From: Thiotrichaceae bacterium UBA5859
GTDB taxonomy: Bacteria > Pseudomonadota > Gammaproteobacteria > UBA5859
Reading direction: 5' to 3'
DNA: 59,934 bases
Assembly (NCBI GenBank): GCA_002432655.1
Contig: DJFZ01000006.1
Location: 16,236 to 76,169 of the forward strand
The notes under the pieces are model-generated. The model was not told the origin of the DNA, made no database searches, and saw nothing but the letters and a program-made list of their open reading frames with translations. Made by a program: the position numbers and the translations under genes. Shown here piece after piece: positions 38,765 to 47,879 of the stretch. Each line of letters starts with the position of its first letter. Position 1 is the first letter of the stretch.

Positions 38765-40162
38765 CTAAAACAGTCGCACCAATTCTCTACCCATCAATTT
38801 TCTAATCTGTGCCGAAACGCTCATTTGATCATAGAGCGCTTGTAGGTACTCGGTCTGTGCATCATGTGCATTATTTTCAAAATAGCGCAGTTCAAGGCTG
38901 GTCAACTTACCGATCTCGTACCCTTCACGGGCTGATTTCACTTCCTGCTTTTTCTTAATCACCAAATCAGTGAGTAACTGCAACTTTTCCGAAATCTGTG
39001 CTTCTTGTTTCGTAAGAGACTTTAATCTTATATCTCGATCTGTTTGATGCGCACTGAGCTGATTTTCATGATGTGCTAAGTCCTGTTGCAACATGGCCAA
39101 TTGTTTCTCATCTGCGCCGAAATTGGGAATAGCCACACTCAACTGGGCATTGACACCTGAAAAGCTGAATTCTTCATCTGTACCGTTGTTAAACTGATCT
39201 TTCACCGTCGGGGCATAGATCCCTTGGATCTCTAACTTGGGCTTCCATTTTTTGGATAGTTTTTGAATTTCCACTTGTTGTTGCTTCGCCAGTATAGTGA
39301 GTTCCTGGGCGATGGGATCGTTCACCAGAGACCAATCCGTAATATTGATATCCGTACTTTGTAAATCGAGTCTATCCATTAAAGTAAATTTATCTGACGC
39401 CTGAAAACCAATGGTTTCAAATAACAGATTACGTGTTTCTATCAGGACTTGAATGGCATCGTTATATTGAACAAAACGGTCTAATAAGTTACTTTCTTCT
39501 GACAAGAAGGTTAACCGAGAGGCATTCCCAAGTTTATATTCCTCTTGAATATTCTGTAATTGTTGTCTCGCAACCGATAGGGAATCTTCTTCAATGGCCA
39601 CCTTCTCTTCTTGCAAAACCACATCGAAATAAGCCTCATAGATTTCTAAAGCTAACTCACGGTACGCCTCCACCAATCGATATTTAGTGATTCTTGACTG
39701 CATAGAGGCTATTTCAGAATCGAATTTAAACTCATTTTTATGCCACCACGGCGGCGTCCAAGTTGCTTGCACACCGGTGACACTTCGGTCATCCACAAAA
39801 ACACCTGCGGCGCTAGAATCATCGAAGTCTTGCTCTTGAAAACCGGCACGAAGTTGCAATCGATAATCTGACTTATAGAGCTCCATGCTCTGTTGATAGG
39901 CCAAATCGGTCCGCAATAGATCCACTACATTTAGGCGGAAATTCTCATTATTTTCGACTGCCAATCTGATAGCATCCAGAAGCGTTAATGGTACGCTGTT
40001 CTCTGTGATAACTTGTCTCTTAAAATCCACAGTTGTAGGCTTATTTAAATTCAACTGAACAATTCTATTTCCAAACTCTTCCAACGAGAGCGTTGCTTGT
40101 ACCGGTAACATAATCAGTTGTAGCAGACAAAGCAGGCCGAGTTTTGTTATTAACTTAATCAT
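38765..40162 (-). CDS. TolC-family outer membrane channel
   Basis: Signal peptide, LTLLDAIRLAVENN, YEAYFDVV, and the duplicated EEYKLG / EGYEIG..TSLEL OEP repeats. Confidence 0.85.
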   Translation of the reverse strand: MIKLITKLGLLCLLQLIMLPVQATLSLEEFGNRIVQLNLNKPTTVDFKRQVITENSVPLTLLDAIRLAVENNENFRLNVVDLLRTDLAYQQSMELYKSDYRLQLRAGFQEQDFDDSSAAGVFVDDRSVTGVQATWTPPWWHKNEFKFDSEIASMQSRITKYRLVEAYRELALEIYEAYFDVVLQEEKVAIEEDSLSVARQQLQNIQEEYKLGNASRLTFLSEESNLLDRFVQYNDAIQVLIETRNLLFETIGFQASDKFTLMDRLDLQSTDINITDWSLVNDPIAQELTILAKQQQVEIQKLSKKWKPKLEIQGIYAPTVKDQFNNGTDEEFSFSGVNAQLSVAIPNFGADEKQLAMLQQDLAHHENQLSAHQTDRDIRLKSLTKQEAQISEKLQLLTDLVIKKKQEVKSAREGYEIGKLTSLELRYFENNAHDAQTEYLQALYDQMSVSAQIRKLMGRELVRLF

Positions 40163-41376
40163 TCTTCTTTCATCCTTACTATATCGTTTTCTTGCAGTGC
40201 TACTTGGCCGCGGGTAATGACTTGTTCACCCGTTGCTAGACCGGACGAGACGCCTACGAAACCGGACTCCGCGACTTCATAAGTTATCCGACGCAACGAG
40301 ATTCGATTCTCCTCATTGACCACCATTACCAATCCATCGTTACCGGAGTAGCGCATTAACGCACTGTCTGGGATAGTCGGTAAGTCAAAGGTAGATTCCA
40401 ATACTGCATAGCCATTCATCCCGGAAAGAAGCTTTTCGCGATTGGAATCTACATTCAACAAACTAAACCACACTGTGAAACTATAAGGCGCATAGTCGAC
40501 CGGGCGCTTTGCATCCGGCGTGGTGACATAATTGTTGGTTCTCACCACTTCAGCATCAAAGGAACGACCTGGATAGGCGTTTAAATAGACCCTGCCTACT
40601 CTTCCGGGTTGGATAGCACTGGCAAAACGTTGATCCAATGCGGCTCGAAAAACTTTGTGATCACCAATCAGCATCGCCGCCTCAGTTTCCTGCACCAGGT
40701 TTTCACCTAAATAGATAGATCGAGCAACTACCTCACCATCCAGGGGTGAAACAATATCAACCTGCCCCGAAATACGCGCTCTACCGCCACGATTTCCTAA
40801 AGCGCTTTTGCTGCGGGAGCGGACTTTATCTTCCAAGGACTCCTTAGCTTTGCGCAAGTCTATCTCTGCTTTAGTTAACTTTTGCTTGAACCCTTCTAAC
40901 TCGGTTAATCGAATAAGCCCCTTTTCATACGCTTTTAATTCTCGTTCATAGTCATTTTTTGCCTGATCGAATTCAGCTTGTTTGAGTTGAACATCCAAAG
41001 AGACAATACTGGTCTCAGATGAGCCGGGATTGAGGCTCACCAGTGCTTCTCCGGCTGCCACCTGATCCCCTGGCTCCACATAGACCCGAGTCACCACGCC
41101 CGCAAATTCAATATTGATTGGCACTTCATTTAAGTAGCCGATATGGCCGCTACCGGATATGTAGCTACTCAATGTTTTCTGCGTCACCTCTGCCGTTTCT
41201 ACTGGGATCGGCACATTAAAAAGTCGTAATAGTGCGGGATAGCCCAAGTTTGAAGCATAAAGACGAGAGCCTGGTGATTGATAAGCTGGCCACACACCCA
41301 CTACCGTCAACACGAAAAACAGCAGAAACAGCAAAATGAACAAAATTGTCCAGGGATTTCTCTGATTTTCTTCCAT
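40159..41376 (-). CDS. Periplasmic adaptor / membrane fusion protein (HlyD/MacA-like)
   Basis: N-terminal TM, GVVTRVYVEPGDQV lipoyl half, coiled coil, IVSPLDGEV, LLSGM, IPDSAL and SSGLATGEQVI. Confidence 0.9.
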   Translation of the reverse strand: MEENQRNPWTILFILLFLLFFVLTVVGVWPAYQSPGSRLYASNLGYPALLRLFNVPIPVETAEVTQKTLSSYISGSGHIGYLNEVPINIEFAGVVTRVYVEPGDQVAAGEALVSLNPGSSETSIVSLDVQLKQAEFDQAKNDYERELKAYEKGLIRLTELEGFKQKLTKAEIDLRKAKESLEDKVRSRSKSALGNRGGRARISGQVDIVSPLDGEVVARSIYLGENLVQETEAAMLIGDHKVFRAALDQRFASAIQPGRVGRVYLNAYPGRSFDAEVVRTNNYVTTPDAKRPVDYAPYSFTVWFSLLNVDSNREKLLSGMNGYAVLESTFDLPTIPDSALMRYSGNDGLVMVVNEENRISLRRITYEVAESGFVGVSSGLATGEQVITRGQVALQENDIVRMKEE

Positions 41377-41382
41377 GATTTG

Positions 41383-42582
41383 CTATACCCTTTTTAATAG
41401 TGTGCTTTGATTTAAAGAAGATTCTGTTTCCTCTAACAAACGATCGACGATGCGTTCCCAATCAAAATAGCTCTTGGCATGTTCACAACCTGCTTCTCCC
41501 AAGCGTTTCGCCAAAGCGTTGTCGGAGAGTATCCGATTGATGGCTTTAGCCAACTGTTCGGGGTCTTTTTCCGGTACTAACAATCCAGTCTTACCATCTA
41601 TAATGACATCACTGATGCCGCCGACATCACTGGCAACCACTGGTGTTTTGAATGTCAACGCCTCAATCATGACCACACCCAATCCTTCAGTGTCCCCTTT
41701 CTGATCTCTAATAGCAGGTAATACAAAAACATCAGCCTGTTGATACTGAATTGCCAGTTCCTCATTAGGGATAAATCCGTAAAAATGCACGCGCTGGTCA
41801 ATACCGAGCTGTTGTGCGAGTGATCTTAACGTATCAGTGGCCTCGCCTATGCCCACTACATTTAGGCGCCAATTCAGATCTGTGGGCATCTGAGAAAGTG
41901 CTTGTAATAGATAGTCGACACCTTTGCGCTCTATCAAACGGCCAACGAACAGAATCTGTTTATAATCTGAATTATATATTTTTGGTTCTGGGGATACATC
42001 TAGTGAACTTCCGTAAGGTATCACTTCCACTGTTCGATCCGTATAGAGTGTGACTTCGCGCCGAGTAAATCCTGAATTAGCAAAGAGTGCAGATGCATGA
42101 CGAATAGCATGTCGCAAAAAATATTTTACAAAAAATACTTTTTTAGCCAATAAAACTTCTGCGCCATGAAAATGTAGCGTCATGGGTGTGCCTGACGTGA
42201 CTCCAGCGAGGTAACCCCAGACACCATGGGGAAACGGCCAATGTACTTGAATGACGTCAAACTGATGCTGACGACAAAACCGAATTGCATGCAGCGCACC
42301 ACTCACTAGGTAGATAAATGATAGTGCAAAATAGAAAGGGCTCTGTACGCGGTTAGGTGCGCCCTCCCCATGGGTCAGATCTTCCCAACGTTTAAAAAAA
42401 TAACGAAACCGATAGACCGGTATATCTTTCACGGTATGGGAATTTAAACCCTTATAGCTCGGGGCGAAAATAAACACTTGATGGCCCCGTTCAGTGAGGT
42501 GCTTGACTAACTCCACCAAAAAAGAAGCATGACGATCAGTATCATGCAATGCATAAACAGAGGTCATGATACAAATCTTCAT
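41383..42582 (-). CDS. Glycosyltransferase family 4
   Basis: LFVGRLIERKG, DVFVLP, EGLGVVMIEA and VVASDVGG. Confidence 0.93.
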   Translation of the reverse strand: MKICIMTSVYALHDTDRHASFLVELVKHLTERGHQVFIFAPSYKGLNSHTVKDIPVYRFRYFFKRWEDLTHGEGAPNRVQSPFYFALSFIYLVSGALHAIRFCRQHQFDVIQVHWPFPHGVWGYLAGVTSGTPMTLHFHGAEVLLAKKVFFVKYFLRHAIRHASALFANSGFTRREVTLYTDRTVEVIPYGSSLDVSPEPKIYNSDYKQILFVGRLIERKGVDYLLQALSQMPTDLNWRLNVVGIGEATDTLRSLAQQLGIDQRVHFYGFIPNEELAIQYQQADVFVLPAIRDQKGDTEGLGVVMIEALTFKTPVVASDVGGISDVIIDGKTGLLVPEKDPEQLAKAINRILSDNALAKRLGEAGCEHAKSYFDWERIVDRLLEETESSLNQSTLLKRV

Positions 42583-43520
42583 GATTCACCTCTGATATTT
42601 GCAGACTCATTTCTTCGATGCCGTCTACGCAAATAACGTTTATCGACCACCATCCCAATCCCCATTGCGGAAAGTCCAAAAATAATCAGGGCAGCACTTA
42701 ACATAATACCCAAGCCGAGTTGGCCAGATTGGGCATCGAGAAATATAAGAGCAAACACCGCATTGGTGATGGCTAACATTAAACTGATTAAGGTCAATAC
42801 CACAAACGGCGCCAATGGCCGCTGACCAAAATCTAGGAATATTTTCACATTGATCAGATCAAACAGAGCACCTGGCAATCTCCAAGGTGTGAATTTGGAT
42901 TGGCCATAACTCCTTGCGTGCCACTGAACCGGTACCTCAACTATGCTTCGTCCTTGTTTAACAAAAAAGGCGGTTAAGAAACGATGCCAGTTCTTTTTCA
43001 GGGGAAGATCTCTGAGCGCCTCCCTGCGAACTAATTTAATCCAGTTAGCATCGTGCAAATAGACGCCGAACCAACGGCGATTAATGCGATTGTAGATTTT
43101 AGAGCTGAAACTTTTGCCGTCTTCACGACCCTGACGCCAACCTGCTATCACGTCAATGTCTGTCTGACGGGCTTCAAATAAAGCAGGAATATCATCTTTT
43201 GGAAATGACTCCAAATCTGCCGGTATCAAACAGATCCACTCGCCTACTGCCAATTCGGCAATGGTTAATATCGCGTGCGTGATGCCCCGTGACATTTTAT
43301 TTTGAATGAGATGAATATTTAACTCTGGATAGTGTTCCTGAGCTTTGAGCACCTCTTTGGCGGTATCGTCTACACTGCCATCGTCGATGAAGATAAGTTC
43401 AGTGCGCACCCCTAACAGCGCCACTGCAGTTGAACACTGACGAAAGAATTCAGGTAAATTACCAAATTCGTTGCGGGCGGTGGTAGCAATGGTCAACTCA
43501 ACCTGGGTATCTTGACTCAT
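42579..43520 (-). CDS. Glycosyltransferase family 2, polyprenol-phosphate (ArnC/GtrB/DPM1-like) type
   Basis: RNE, IDDGSVD, GWR, HRF, EVPV.WHAR.YGQSKF and two C-terminal TM helices. Confidence 0.88.
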   Translation of the reverse strand: MSQDTQVELTIATTARNEFGNLPEFFRQCSTAVALLGVRTELIFIDDGSVDDTAKEVLKAQEHYPELNIHLIQNKMSRGITHAILTIAELAVGEWICLIPADLESFPKDDIPALFEARQTDIDVIAGWRQGREDGKSFSSKIYNRINRRWFGVYLHDANWIKLVRREALRDLPLKKNWHRFLTAFFVKQGRSIVEVPVQWHARSYGQSKFTPWRLPGALFDLINVKIFLDFGQRPLAPFVVLTLISLMLAITNAVFALIFLDAQSGQLGLGIMLSAALIIFGLSAMGIGMVVDKRYLRRRHRRNESANIRGES

Positions 43521-45319
43521 GCAGTTGATCTCTCGAAGAACTCAATTATTGTCTGCACCACGCGTTTGATCTGTGCTGCTTGGAGTTCTGGATACATGGG
43601 TAGAGAAAGCACTGCTGCCGCTGCCGCTTCTGCCTGTGGAAACGCACCCGGTTGATTGGCTCCGCAAAACGCACGCTGTAAGTGAAGCGGCACTGGGTAA
43701 TGAATACCGCTAGCAATACCTGCATCCGCTAAATGTGCTTGCAGTGCTTGCCGTTCACTGGTTTGGATCACGAATTGATGATAAACATGAGTGGCATTAG
43801 CAGGGGACTCAGGCAAGATGATTGGCAAATTTTTCAATCCCTGCCGATACGATTCTGCTATTTCCTGTCTAGATTGATTTCTCTTGGTCAATCTTTTCAG
43901 TTTTACTTGCAATACTGCCGCTTGCAAAGTATCCAAGCGATAGTTACCAGACAATTTGGCACTTTCATATTTACTGATGCGCCCATGATCTCTCAAGAGT
44001 TTTATCTCAGCGGCTAGAGCTTCATCGTTTGTGGTGATGCCCCCGGCATCCCCATAAGCGCCGAGGTTTTTTCCTGGGAAAAAGGAAAAGCCTGCCGCGC
44101 GGCCAATCCCACCGATGACTCGTCCTTCAAAAAGTGCACCATGTGCTTGTGCAGCATCTTCGATGACTTCCAACTGATATTTACGAGCAATCTGAGTAAT
44201 AGCGCTCATATTCGCCGGTCGCCCATAGAGATGTACTGGCATAATGGCCTTGGTGTGTTCGCTAATTTTCTCTGCAATTAACTTAGGATTCAGGTTGAAG
44301 CTATCAGGCTCTATATCTACAAACACCGCGCGCGCACCCACGCTATGAATAGCTTCTGCAGTAGCGATAAATGTATGTGGTGAGGTGATCACTTCATCGC
44401 CGGGGCCGATTCCGAGAGCCTGTAAAATTAAAATCAATGCATCCGTGCCACTGGAAACGCCCACTGCATACTTAGTTTGGCAAAATTCAGCATAGGCCTG
44501 TTCGAACTCAACCACTTCCTTACCGTTGATAAAGCGGCTATTCAAGATGACTCTATCCATCGCCAGGCGCAGCTCTTGCTTCTGCGTCTGATGTTGCGCC
44601 TGCAAGTCAACCAGCGGGATCGATGGCTCACTGAGTCCCAGCTCGCGCTCCTGAGCTGCATAAGGACTGTTGGACTTCATGTCATAGGGACAGCTGATCT
44701 TTTCCACCTCACCAATCTTTCGCGCAGGGTTGCCAAACATAATGGTTTCACGTGGAACAGACTTGGTGACAATGCTGCCTGCGCCAATCAAGGCCCGTTC
44801 ACCTATTTCTATATCCGGAGATAACACCGCACTGGATCCCAAAATAGCACCGCGACGTATGATGGGCCCCGCAAGACATTCCTTAGCCCGGTCGCAAGTA
44901 GGATGCAGGACATTGCTGGTAATCACTCGCGGCCCAATCCAAACATCAGCCTCCACAATAGTATGTTCTGACAAGCCCGCCTGACCCTGAATACGGACGT
45001 TGCTGCCTAATACACAGTGATGCTCAATGATCACTGCGCCTCCTATAGAAGAATGTTCACCGATTTGCGTGGCTTCACGAATCAAAACCTGGTGCCCAAT
45101 GTGGCATTCTTCTCCAATTTCCACGCCCGCATAAATAATGCTGTGGGTGCGCACGCGACTATTGGCACCAATTTTTGTGATTGCTTGCGGCCCGTCGCCT
45201 GCAGCCGGGTAGCCGATGATGGCATAGGCTTCAATGACGACATTGGCCCCCAACTCTACATTGGAATAAATTTGAGCAGTTTCATGGATCTTTGCCCCTG
45301 GTCCAATTTTTGGCTTCAA
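43517..45319 (-). CDS. Fusion of a hexapeptide N-acyltransferase (WbpD-like) and a DegT/DnrJ aminotransferase (WbpE-like)
   Basis: Left-handed beta-helix repeats ending GAGSIVTK...GNPAR, then IPLVDL, SSGTDAL, IEDAAQAHG and SFFPGKNLGAYGDAG. TTG start after an AGGAG RBS. Confidence 0.92.
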   Translation of the reverse strand: MKPKIGPGAKIHETAQIYSNVELGANVVIEAYAIIGYPAAGDGPQAITKIGANSRVRTHSIIYAGVEIGEECHIGHQVLIREATQIGEHSSIGGAVIIEHHCVLGSNVRIQGQAGLSEHTIVEADVWIGPRVITSNVLHPTCDRAKECLAGPIIRRGAILGSSAVLSPDIEIGERALIGAGSIVTKSVPRETIMFGNPARKIGEVEKISCPYDMKSNSPYAAQERELGLSEPSIPLVDLQAQHQTQKQELRLAMDRVILNSRFINGKEVVEFEQAYAEFCQTKYAVGVSSGTDALILILQALGIGPGDEVITSPHTFIATAEAIHSVGARAVFVDIEPDSFNLNPKLIAEKISEHTKAIMPVHLYGRPANMSAITQIARKYQLEVIEDAAQAHGALFEGRVIGGIGRAAGFSFFPGKNLGAYGDAGGITTNDEALAAEIKLLRDHGRISKYESAKLSGNYRLDTLQAAVLQVKLKRLTKRNQSRQEIAESYRQGLKNLPIILPESPANATHVYHQFVIQTSERQALQAHLADAGIASGIHYPVPLHLQRAFCGANQPGAFPQAEAAAAAVLSLPMYPELQAAQIKRVVQTIIEFFERSTA

Positions 45320-45579
45320 GTTAGTACCTTATCTCCTTGGTATCTGTGTCCTTTTAGTCGAAAAAATCCACGCAGGATTCGTTCCAGCTAAATTAGTTAA
45401 AAACTTCCCTGTGCTAGCGCTGGTCCGGGCTCTCAATTTATGAAGTCTATTTACCGCTGTGAATCAACACTTTGACCCAATTTGGGCCTGGTGGCACATC
45501 ACAATAATATAATATACTTTCTACATTTGTATCATAACATTTTATATTTACGTGTTTTTTATGTAAATCTCTTCTAATC

Positions 45580-45960
45580 TACCCCATTCCCGTTGTAGAT
45601 AAGCCTGGAGGTCTGGATAGTACTTATCTAACTCGTCCGTGTTAGCCAGTTATATCGTGTCGTAACGTACTTGGCTCAAAAATATCTACCGGCTCTCTTG
45701 CTCCTTTTACGCGTCGCCTATCTAAAAATTGACAACTGTACGCTTGGGTAAGCGTTTTACTGGATTCGTTGATGATGATACCGACACTGTAGTGTTTAGT
45801 CAGCCGTCGAATCGAGACCCCAAATTAACCGCAGCACGCATAGCAGTGTACGCCATTCCAAACTCTGATCCCATATTGCCCACGTTCATCTCGCCTGAGT
45901 TAAAAGCCAATGCCAAACTCACACGTGCTTGCAAAAGCATGATTCATCGTCTCTAACCGA
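45580..45960 (-). pseudogene. Decayed class III adenylate/guanylate cyclase (C-terminal catalytic half)
   Basis: Hand translation across frameshifts gives FGIGF/NSGEMNVGNMGSEFGMAYTAMRAAVNLGSRFDG/TKHYSVGIIINES...LDRRRVKGAREPVDIFEP/...DELDKYY..LQAYLQREW. Confidence 0.85.
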
Positions 45961-46029
45961 TGTTCAATGTACCTCTCCTCAGCTAAGGTTTTCTGGGTAT
46001 GTGACCTGCTCACCGAATAACCAATAGAT

Positions 46030-46378
46030 AGGCTAGTTGGGCAAGTTTAAAGTCTGTTGAAGAAGACTTCTCTAATAAACTGGTGAAAATGATTATCGGC
46101 AGCATCCCACTTACCGAGATTAAAGCATGCCCGGCCAGCTCCAACCTGGGATCCGCAAATGAAGTCAATGGCCATAACACTTGCCTTAGTACAACTGCCT
46201 CAATACTAGGGTGACCACTAGCTGTGGCCGCCGCGCCAAGTAGATAGTCAAATTGTTGTTCATTCTGCGTAGGCTACAGCAGCTGATAGACTTTGCGCGC
46301 TTCACTCAATAGCAGTTGCTGGCGGGTCAGACGCAAATTGTGCTCAAGATCTGTAGTAAAAACTTTGCTTTGAACTTG
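46030..46378 (-). pseudogene. Decayed TPR-repeat protein fragment (N-terminus of TPR/beta-barrel, Slam-like proteins)
   Basis: KVYQLL*PT..QFDYLLGAAATASG...RQVL...DPRLELA/RACFNLGKWDAA. In-frame TAG at 46274-46276 and a frameshift near 46134. Confidence 0.65.
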
Positions 46379-46547
46379 GCGGCATCAATAGACAGACACT
46401 TAGCAGACAGGTTTGACCAATATGTGCGATGAGGAAAACCAAAAATAGATGATCGCATTAGACTGTGCCTAAAGCAGTCCTTGGAAATTTATCTGTTTAG
46501 CGACCGCAGAGAAACAAATTGAATACAGAATTAAATGACAGTGCTAT

Positions 46548-47363
46548 CTAATAGCCCATATGATTTTCATCCATTTCATACTTGAAGTTTTGCACGCGAC
46601 ACACTTCAGTAGAAATAGAACCATCAGGCATAAGCTCTAGCCACCGATAACCTGGACCGATTGTTTCATCAGTGGCGAAATCATCACTGTTGGCGGCAAA
46701 TTGAAAACAGGTCGAGGGTGTGGACATAAGATGTAGTTTAGAATGCTGAGCTTCAAAGTGTTGGTGTACGTGGCCAAACAACACAGCTCGCACATTATCA
46801 GCCTGGTTCACTATGCGCATGAAATCCTGGGCATTATCCAAACCGATTTTATCTAACCAACGACAACCAACGGGTACTGGCTGATGGTGTAAGCAGATCA
46901 ATTGATGACGGCTAGATTGCTTTAGACGTTGTTCAAGTTGCTTTAAGTCAGACTTTGTGACACGCCCGGCAACTTTACCTGCTTGGTGAGAATTCATCAG
47001 CAGGATTTGCCAAGCACCAGTGTCAATTTCGGAATCTTGAGAAAAACCCAGTTTTTCGAAAGTTTCCCGCATTAAACGGGGTTTGTCATGGTTTCCAGGT
47101 AAACAATAGAGAGGAACTTTAAAGTTTGACAGCTGAGTAGCCATATGCGCATAAGCTTCTTCGCTACTATCTTGAGCTAAGTCACCGGTTAATAAAATGA
47201 GATCTGGGCGACGCTCATTAGCAATAATGAGATCTAACACAGCCTGAAAACTGGCGTTAGTGTCCAATCCCATCAGGCGCCCAGTACTGCCTGCGAACAG
47301 GTGGGAATCCGTGATCTGCAGTATCTTAACCGGTAAATCAGCACTATGCATTATAGCGGCCAT
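46548..47363 (-). CDS. cpdA: 3',5'-cyclic-AMP phosphodiesterase
   Basis: QITDSH, TGDLAQD, PGNHD, LHH, GHVH and TPSTCFQF. Located in the nudF-yqiB-cpdA order. Confidence 0.94.
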   Translation of the reverse strand: MAAIMHSADLPVKILQITDSHLFAGSTGRLMGLDTNASFQAVLDLIIANERRPDLILLTGDLAQDSSEEAYAHMATQLSNFKVPLYCLPGNHDKPRLMRETFEKLGFSQDSEIDTGAWQILLMNSHQAGKVAGRVTKSDLKQLEQRLKQSSRHQLICLHHQPVPVGCRWLDKIGLDNAQDFMRIVNQADNVRAVLFGHVHQHFEAQHSKLHLMSTPSTCFQFAANSDDFATDETIGPGYRWLELMPDGSISTEVCRVQNFKYEMDENHMGY

Positions 47364-47369
47364 GGAATT

Positions 47370-47849
47370 CTACTTTTCTTGACGGGTAGGATGTGACCTC
47401 TCCACTACCGCCGCATTCAAGTCTAGAGCAATTTTTTCCAATTCTGATTCCATCCAATACTTTAAACACTCATAGAGGAAAAAGTTACTCAATTCCTTTT
47501 CATTGACTTGGTACATATTAGGATTAGGTCGTGCATAATGTTCTCGAAACTGACCTTGCCCCTGATATCGCACCACTTCAGCTACCCGGGCATCATGACT
47601 TAATTTCGCCAAAAATTGGATTCGATTCAATTTTGGCACACTCAAATCTGTCCGATGCTCAATCTCCACCAAGGTGGTGAAGCGGTGCTTTTCTTTCACG
47701 GTAAACCGAGTCAACTGATCACCTGTGACGATCTCTTGCCCTTCTGTTAAACAATTCGTTTCGGGCAAAAACCACTCTAAGCGTTTATAGTTTTCTTCAT
47801 AAACGCCCATTAACCGGGTGATCATTGGTGTATAACGGCGCAATGTCAT
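47370..47849 (-). CDS. yqiB: DUF1249 protein
   Basis: YEENY, HDARVAEV and YARPNPNMYQVNEK. Lies between nudF and cpdA. Confidence 0.88.
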   Translation of the reverse strand: MTLRRYTPMITRLMGVYEENYKRLEWFLPETNCLTEGQEIVTGDQLTRFTVKEKHRFTTLVEIEHRTDLSVPKLNRIQFLAKLSHDARVAEVVRYQGQGQFREHYARPNPNMYQVNEKELSNFFLYECLKYWMESELEKIALDLNAAVVERSHPTRQEK

Positions 47850-47879
47850 GCTTCTTTACAGTCCCCTCAACCAAAACGA

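Noticed and set aside
45410-45421. ops/JUMPstart-like AGCGCTAGCACA upstream of the glycan operon
   Set aside because: It differs from GGCGGTAGnnTG at several key positions and no JUMPstart hairpin is evident. The position is suggestive but unsupported.
45729-45956. 75-aa plus-strand ORF in the ORF track
   Set aside because: It is the antisense shadow of the cyclase pseudogene on the minus strand.
46394-46426. Plus-strand RHLADRFDQYV, reminiscent of the 'FGQYV' linker of CHASE2 cyclases
   Set aside because: It is only 11 codons and on the opposite strand to the cyclase remnant, so it may be chance.
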